Shown piece after piece: positions 57,738 to 64,000 of a stretch of 64,000 nt of DNA. The DNA is taken from positions 49,522 to 113,521 of the forward strand of contig JBKWEB010000002.1 of assembly GCA_046976245.1 (NCBI GenBank). The letters are read 5' to 3'. The notes below the pieces were generated by a model. That model ran no database searches and was not told the DNA's origin. It saw nothing but the letters and a program-made list of their open reading frames with translations. The translations under genes were made by a program, and so were the position numbers. Within the stretch, counting starts at the first letter, position 1. The number at the start of each line of letters is the position of its first letter. Origin of the DNA: Collinsella sp. (lineage in GTDB: Bacteria; Actinomycetota; Coriobacteriia; Coriobacteriales; Coriobacteriaceae).

Positions 57738-57920
57738 TCGAAGGTGAATGGTTTTCCGCGAAGTGAACGAGTAAATCTGGACCCCTGGAACATACACACT
57801 TTTTACGAACAAAACTGCAGGATTCTTAGACAAAAACCGCAGGAATTGAGTCCTTAAAAATGTCGATGCTACAGGGCACTGTTTTTACTCGTTCACTTCT
57901 CGGAAAAGTATTCACCTTCG
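57738..57920 (+). mobile_element. 183-bp MITE-like element, copy B
   Basis: Same length and orientation as copy A. Arms TCGAAGGTGAATGGTTTTCCGCGAAGTGAACG / CGTTCACTTCTCGGAAAAGTATTCACCTTCG, with conserved internal AAAAC(C/T)GCAGGA x2. Confidence 0.55.
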
Positions 57921-58049
57921 ATATGCTGACGGTGTCTTTTTGGTTGCCAAGAACTAGACGGCCTGCTGTGAAGGGCGGTGGTGACGCTATGCCGCCTCGT
58001 TACATTGAAAAAATAAGCGGGGTACCACCTAAGCTTTTTTAGCCGTCGA

Positions 58050-58748
58050 TTACAGATCGCGTGCTCGATAAACCTTGGTGCTGACAGCGCAGCTGATTAC
58101 ACATAGTGCGAGCGCCAGTACGGCAATTCCTGCACACAGACAGCCAAGGACGGCAGGATCGGGATTCGCCCCGGCAATCGACATAAGCCAGTTGCTGATG
58201 GGGTTGGAGGAGCTCAGCGCTGCCATGGTAAGGCATCCGAGTAGGGCAAACAGGCCAACGGATAGGCGCAGTGCCTCCATGTGTCCAAATCGGAAGAACA
58301 GCGGCTGTGCCAAGAACACCATCATGAGGGAGATGAGCATCGATGCTGCCGAGGCAATTGCGATCTCAAAGATGGTTTGTCCTGTCGAGGCCACGCCCGC
58401 GCTGTTGAAGAACGGAAGGGCGATGATGTTCAAAAGCACGGCGGCGCAGGCCATGATGGCCGAGAAGACAACGATGCACAGGTAGCGTGCGCAAATAATG
58501 TCTTTGCGCGTGAGAGGCAGCGTTGCCCGATAGCGCTCCCATCCGTTTTGATTGTCGAAGCCGGCCAGCGAGCTCATGACCATGATGGGCGACATGGCGC
58601 TGACCGCGCAGGCGCCGGCGCTCATGCCGGAATCGCCATCCGACGCGTTGGCAAGGGTTAGCACGACGAAGATGAACAGGCCGACGCCCGCGATGCTCGG
58701 GGTGAGCGTGCGAACGATGGCGAGCTCGGACATAAAGGCGCGTTTCAT
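58050..58748 (-). CDS. ABC-2 type transporter permease
   Basis: 232 aa, 6 TM. 4-nt overlap with the upstream ATPase gene. Confidence 0.7.
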   Translation of the reverse strand: MKRAFMSELAIVRTLTPSIAGVGLFIFVVLTLANASDGDSGMSAGACAVSAMSPIMVMSSLAGFDNQNGWERYRATLPLTRKDIICARYLCIVVFSAIMACAAVLLNIIALPFFNSAGVASTGQTIFEIAIASAASMLISLMMVFLAQPLFFRFGHMEALRLSVGLFALLGCLTMAALSSSNPISNWLMSIAGANPDPAVLGCLCAGIAVLALALCVISCAVSTKVYRARDL

Positions 58749-59626
58749 TTCGAAGCCCCTTTCAGCATGAGGCGCAGATAGTCATCAATGGTTGCCCGAT
58801 CGCAGGGAATCTCGGGAAAGGCTTCGAGCGTTTCGCGACGGTTGGGCACGAGCACGTCCACGCTATAGGCGTGGTGGACGGCACGGGCGCCTTCGACGCA
58901 AGCCATAAGCTCGGCGGCCTGTGCTTGGGTACAGTGGGCGATGCCGGCGCGGTCAGTAATGTCCTCGCGCGGCAGGTCAAAAATAATCGAGCCGTTATCG
59001 ATGCAGATGACGCGGTCGGCGGCGCGATCGAGGTCGGACGTAATATGGCTCGAGAGCAGCACGCTGTGCAGGCCGTCGGAAACAAAGGCGAGCAGCTCAT
59101 CGAGCAGCTCCTCGCGTGCCATGGGATCGAGGCCCGCGGTGGCTTCGTCCAAAACGAGCAGCTTGGCCTGGTGGCTGAGCGCGCAGGCAAGCTGCAGCTT
59201 CATGCCCATGCCGCGGGAGAGGTCCTTGACCTTTGCCTTGGGATCCAAGCCAAATCGGTCGATGAGGCTGGCGAAGGTGTCGTGGCTCCAGGTGGGGTAC
59301 GCCGGGCCTACGAGTGCCTCGATCTGGCCCGCCTTGAGCGTTGAAGGGAAGGGGCATGTGTCCAGGACGAGACCGACGCGGGAGCGCAGGCAGCGCTGTG
59401 TCTCATCGGGCGCGTCGGCGCCACAGCGCTGCCCAAACAGGTGCACCTCGCCGGCATCGAGCTTGATAAGCCCGAGCGCGGCGCGAATCGTCGTTGTTTT
59501 GCCGGCACCATTGGCACCAACAAAGCCGACGATCTGGCCGGGCTCCACGGCAAGCGTGACGTCGCGCAGCGAAAAGCGGTCGCTTACAGTGCGTGAGATG
59601 CCTTTGAGTTCTAGCAAGTTTTGCAT
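58745..59626 (-). CDS. ABC transporter ATP-binding protein
   Basis: GANGAGKTT Walker A, LSRGMGMKLQLA signature variant, LLVLDEATAGLD Walker B. Confidence 0.85.
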   Translation of the reverse strand: MQNLLELKGISRTVSDRFSLRDVTLAVEPGQIVGFVGANGAGKTTTIRAALGLIKLDAGEVHLFGQRCGADAPDETQRCLRSRVGLVLDTCPFPSTLKAGQIEALVGPAYPTWSHDTFASLIDRFGLDPKAKVKDLSRGMGMKLQLACALSHQAKLLVLDEATAGLDPMAREELLDELLAFVSDGLHSVLLSSHITSDLDRAADRVICIDNGSIIFDLPREDITDRAGIAHCTQAQAAELMACVEGARAVHHAYSVDVLVPNRRETLEAFPEIPCDRATIDDYLRLMLKGASK

Positions 59627-59649
59627 GGTATAGCCTTTCTTGCAGATGG

Positions 59650-60030
59650 CTACTGCATGGTTTCGGGGGCCACCAGGTCGAGCATCTCGTGCAGTTTGTC
59701 GCGCGTGACGCCCAGGGTTTCGGCTTGGCTCGCCGCTTTCGCAAGTAGCTCTTCGATATGGCAGAGCTGGTTTTCGCGCAAAAGCTCCTGGTTGCCCTCG
59801 GCGACAAAACAGCCCTTGCCCTGCACGGTGCAGATAAACCCGAGCTGCTCCAGGTCGGCGTAGGCGCGCTTGGTGGTGATGACGCTCACGCCAAGATCGC
59901 TCGCGAGTGCACGGATGCTGGGGAGTTTGGCGCCCGCAGCGAGCGTGCCCGATAAAATCTGAGCTTTGACCTGCGAGGTTATCTGCTCGTAGATGGGCTT
60001 ATCGCTCGAATTGGATAGGATGATGTCCAC
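59650..60030 (-). CDS. GntR-family (YtrA-type) transcriptional regulator
   Basis: 126 aa. PIYEQITSQVKAQILSGTLAAGAKLPSIRALASDLGVSVITTKRAYADLE. Confidence 0.85.
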   Translation of the reverse strand: MDIILSNSSDKPIYEQITSQVKAQILSGTLAAGAKLPSIRALASDLGVSVITTKRAYADLEQLGFICTVQGKGCFVAEGNQELLRENQLCHIEELLAKAASQAETLGVTRDKLHEMLDLVAPETMQ

Positions 60031-60245
60031 AGCGGCTCCTTAGCTGATGGGCTACACGTGTATATAACCGGTAAGCACAGTATATATACACTATGCACAG
60101 TTATGCAAGAGGCAAATGCTGATTGGGCCGGCTACCCAGGCCCCAACTGATGAATTTGTCCTGATAGGCGCTCTAGAGCGAGGTTTCGCGGCTACAATAA
60201 TGCGGTTACAACGACGTAATGCACTCAATGCAAGAAAGGATCCGC

Positions 60246-61859
<1,614 letters not shown>

Positions 61860-61865
61860 CGCATC

Positions 61866-61903
61866 GGCGCGGTGGCCCTGCGGGGCTGCCGCGCCGTTTG
61901 CTT
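61866..61903 (+). terminator. terminator after prfC
   Basis: GGCGCGGTGGCCC / GGGGCTGCCGCGCC imperfect stem, then GTTTGCTT. Confidence 0.55.
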
Positions 61904-61960
61904 GCCTTATGCCGTGTGAGCGGCTATTATACCCACCGTCGTCTCAAGACCGGGGCGTCC

Positions 61961-62009
61961 GAGCAGTTCGGGTCCGATATCCTGCTCGTTAAACCTAAAA
62001 CCAAAGGAG
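61961..62009 (+). ncRNA. candidate preQ1-I-type riboswitch overlapping the RBS of the YhhQ-family gene
   Basis: 6-bp stem GAGCAG/CTGCTC with a 15-nt loop, followed by the A-rich tail GTTAAACCTAAAACCAAAGGAG, which runs into the RBS. Resembles the stem plus UUAACAAAACAAGG layout of preQ1-I. By eye only. Confidence 0.35.
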
Positions 62010-62015
62010 TACATA

Positions 62016-62738
62016 ATGATCAAGAAGGTCATGGAGGACTACAAGGTCCTGTTGCGGAGCATTCCCGCGGCAACGGTTTCGCTGTTTTTCGTGAGCGTCA
62101 TCATGATGAACCTGCTGGCCAACAAAGAGCTCATCAGCCTGCCGTATCTGGCGCTCGACTGTGGCTTTGTGGTGAGCTGGGTTTCGTTTTTGTGCCAGGA
62201 CATGATCTGCAAGCGCTTTGGCGCCAAGGCATCCATCAAAATCTCTATCCTCGCGCTGCTGGTCAACCTGGCCGTGAGTCTGTGCTTTTGGGCATGCTCG
62301 CTCACGCCCGGCATGTGGGGCGCCTACTACGACACGGGCATGATCGAGGTCAACACTGCCCTTAACGCCACCATCGGCGGCACCTGGTACGTGGTGCTGG
62401 GCTCTTCGCTGGCAATGCTCGTTTCTGCCGTGGTTAACTCCACGCTCAACCAGTCGCTCGGCCGCATGCTCAAAAAGAATAATTTTGCGAGCTTTGCCTT
62501 TCGCTCCTATGTGTCCACGGGCATTGGCCAGTTTATCGACAACTTGGTCTTTGCCATTGTGGTGAGCCACACGTTCTTTGGTTGGACCTGGGTGCAGGTC
62601 CTTATGTGCTCGCTGACCGGTGCTGTTGCCGAGCTGCTGTGCGAGGTCTTCTTGAGCCCCGTGGGCTACAAGGTCGTGCGCGGCTGGGAGCGCGAGAATG
62701 TGGGCTCCGAGTACCTCGAGCGTCACGCAACCGCCTAA
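62016..62738 (+). CDS. yhhQ: queuosine-precursor transporter (VUT/YhhQ family)
   Basis: 240 aa, 6 TM. FVVSWVSFLCQDMICKRFG and SYVSTGIGQFIDNLVF blocks are typical of YhhQ. Confidence 0.7.
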   Translation: MIKKVMEDYKVLLRSIPAATVSLFFVSVIMMNLLANKELISLPYLALDCGFVVSWVSFLCQDMICKRFGAKASIKISILALLVNLAVSLCFWACSLTPGMWGAYYDTGMIEVNTALNATIGGTWYVVLGSSLAMLVSAVVNSTLNQSLGRMLKKNNFASFAFRSYVSTGIGQFIDNLVFAIVVSHTFFGWTWVQVLMCSLTGAVAELLCEVFLSPVGYKVVRGWERENVGSEYLERHATA

Positions 62739-62747
62739 GGAGCAAGT

Positions 62748-63428
62748 ATGCGGGTTTTGATCACGGGCGCTTCGGGCGGTATCGGAGCCGCGTGCGTGCA
62801 GCGCTTTTTGGATGAGGGCCACGAGGTCGTGGGCTTTGATCTGCTGTCGCCGGCGATCGAACACGAGCGCTACCGCCATCTGATCGTTGATGTCCGCGAG
62901 CCGGACTCGTTTCCAAGCGACCTTGAGCCCCAGGTGATCGTGAACGTTGCCGGTACGCAGGATTCGGCCGACGACATCGCCGCCAACCTGTATGGCACCA
63001 TCAACGTGACCGAGCGCTACGCCTTTGCGGGGGAGGGGCTTGCTGCCAAGCCGGCATCGGCTATCAAATCCGTGGTCAATGTGGGGTCGGCGAGCGGGCA
63101 TACGGGATCGGAGTTTCCCGACTATGCCGCCAGCAAGGGCGGCGTTATCGCCTACACCAAGAACCTTGCAAACCGTCTGGCGCCGCAGGCTATCGCCAAC
63201 AGTGTGGACCCGGGTGGCGTTATCACGCCGCTCAACCGTTGCGTGATGGAAGACGAACACCTGTGGAACCAGATTATGGAGCTCACGCCGCTTAAACGCT
63301 GGGCTACCGCCCAAGAGATCGCCGAGTGGATCTACTTTGTGGGCGTGACCAACCGGTTTATGACCGGACAGAGTCTGTTGATCGATGGCGGCGAGGCCGG
63401 CCGCACACAATTTATTTGGCCCGAATAG
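62748..63428 (+). CDS. short-chain dehydrogenase/reductase (SDR)
   Basis: MRVLITGASGGIGAA (TGxxxGxG), YAASKGG (YxxxK), NSVDPGGVITP. Confidence 0.85.
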   Translation: MRVLITGASGGIGAACVQRFLDEGHEVVGFDLLSPAIEHERYRHLIVDVREPDSFPSDLEPQVIVNVAGTQDSADDIAANLYGTINVTERYAFAGEGLAAKPASAIKSVVNVGSASGHTGSEFPDYAASKGGVIAYTKNLANRLAPQAIANSVDPGGVITPLNRCVMEDEHLWNQIMELTPLKRWATAQEIAEWIYFVGVTNRFMTGQSLLIDGGEAGRTQFIWPE

Positions 63429-63429
63429 G

Positions 63430-63465
63430 AAACGCGCCCGATGGAAAGCCGTCGGGCGCGTTTTT
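63430..63465. terminator. bidirectional rho-independent terminator
   Basis: AAACGCGCCCGA / TCGGGCGCGTTT perfect 12-bp stem, flanked by A-run and T-run. Confidence 0.8.
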
Positions 63466-63478
63466 GATGTATCGATTT

Positions 63479-64000
63479 TTAGCCGAGGCAAGTCCAGTCG
63501 ACGGGGGTCGAGCCGTGCTGTTCGAGTAGCCGATTGGCAGCGGAGAAGGGGCGCGACCCCATAAAAGCGGGGAGTTCTGCTGTGGCACGGTTGGCCGAAA
63601 GCGGCGAGGGGTGCGTGGAGGCCAGGCAGAACTTGTCGGTTGCCTTGCCCGCACCAGTTGCGTCGAGCTTACCTTCGACCATCTGCTGGGCAAAGCGGCC
63701 CCATGCCAAAAAGACTACCGGCTGGGGCAGCTGGCAGCAGCGTTCGATAACGTAGTCGGTGAGCGTGCTCCAGCCCAGTTTGGCGTGCGAGTTGGCGGCA
63801 TGCTCGCGCACGGTGAGCGTAGTGTTAAGGAGTAGGACGCCCCGTTGTGCCCATGGGGTTAGGTCTCCCGTGGCGGGAATGGGACAACCCAGATCGGCTT
63901 TGAGTTCCTTGTAAATGTTGCGCAGGCTCGGCGGCAACTTGGTTTGCGTCGCGGGGACCGAGAACGACAGCCCCATTGCCTGGTTGGGTCCGTGATAGGG
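63479..64000 (-). CDS. ung: uracil-DNA glycosylase, C-terminal part; gene runs off the window
   Basis: PYHGPNQAMGLSFSV, GVLLLNTTLTV, HPSPLSA motifs. The frame stays open to the window edge. Confidence 0.9.
   Translation of the reverse strand, partial: PYHGPNQAMGLSFSVPATQTKLPPSLRNIYKELKADLGCPIPATGDLTPWAQRGVLLLNTTLTVREHAANSHAKLGWSTLTDYVIERCCQLPQPVVFLAWGRFAQQMVEGKLDATGAGKATDKFCLASTHPSPLSANRATAELPAFMGSRPFSAANRLLEQHGSTPVDWTCLG

Overview
High-GC (about 60%) chromosomal segment of a Gram-positive actinobacterium. Gene content suggests Coriobacteriia (MurT, a LAxTG sorting signal, TPR-LuxR regulators, many 4Fe-4S proteins); that assignment is inference only. Most of the window is ordinary core and housekeeping DNA: murT (partial), two Fe-type alcohol/glycerol dehydrogenases, ychF, ansA, guaA, a parE/parC-like type IIA topoisomerase pair, dus, trmO, patB/malY, prfC, a yhhQ-type transporter and ung (partial). 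Around these sit sensory, redox and transport modules: two SBP-coupled hybrid histidine kinases, an OmpR/HK pair divergent from a CXXC-peptide/polyferredoxin/TlpA/MacB-like ABC cluster, and two tandem MgtA-like P-type ATPases. I found no rRNA, tRNA or CRISPR. The clearly accessory part is 12.3-16.9 kb, between guaA and parC. It is a decayed island bounded by copies of a hairpin repeat and carries a ToxN/AbiQ-like (type III toxin-like) ORF with no visible antitoxin repeat array, a PH-domain/YjdF pair, several gene fragments and a phased 19-bp tandem repeat. Other points of interest are a 1455-aa domain-poor surface protein with a Tat-like signal and LAxTG anchor next to a LuxR regulator, a 183-bp MITE-like element present twice, a second REP-like hairpin family (GGGGACGTTCTT), an orphan OmpR-type winged-helix protein between the two MgtA paralogs, and candidate M-box and preQ1 leaders. 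All functional calls come from reading motifs in the supplied translations. No database search was possible.
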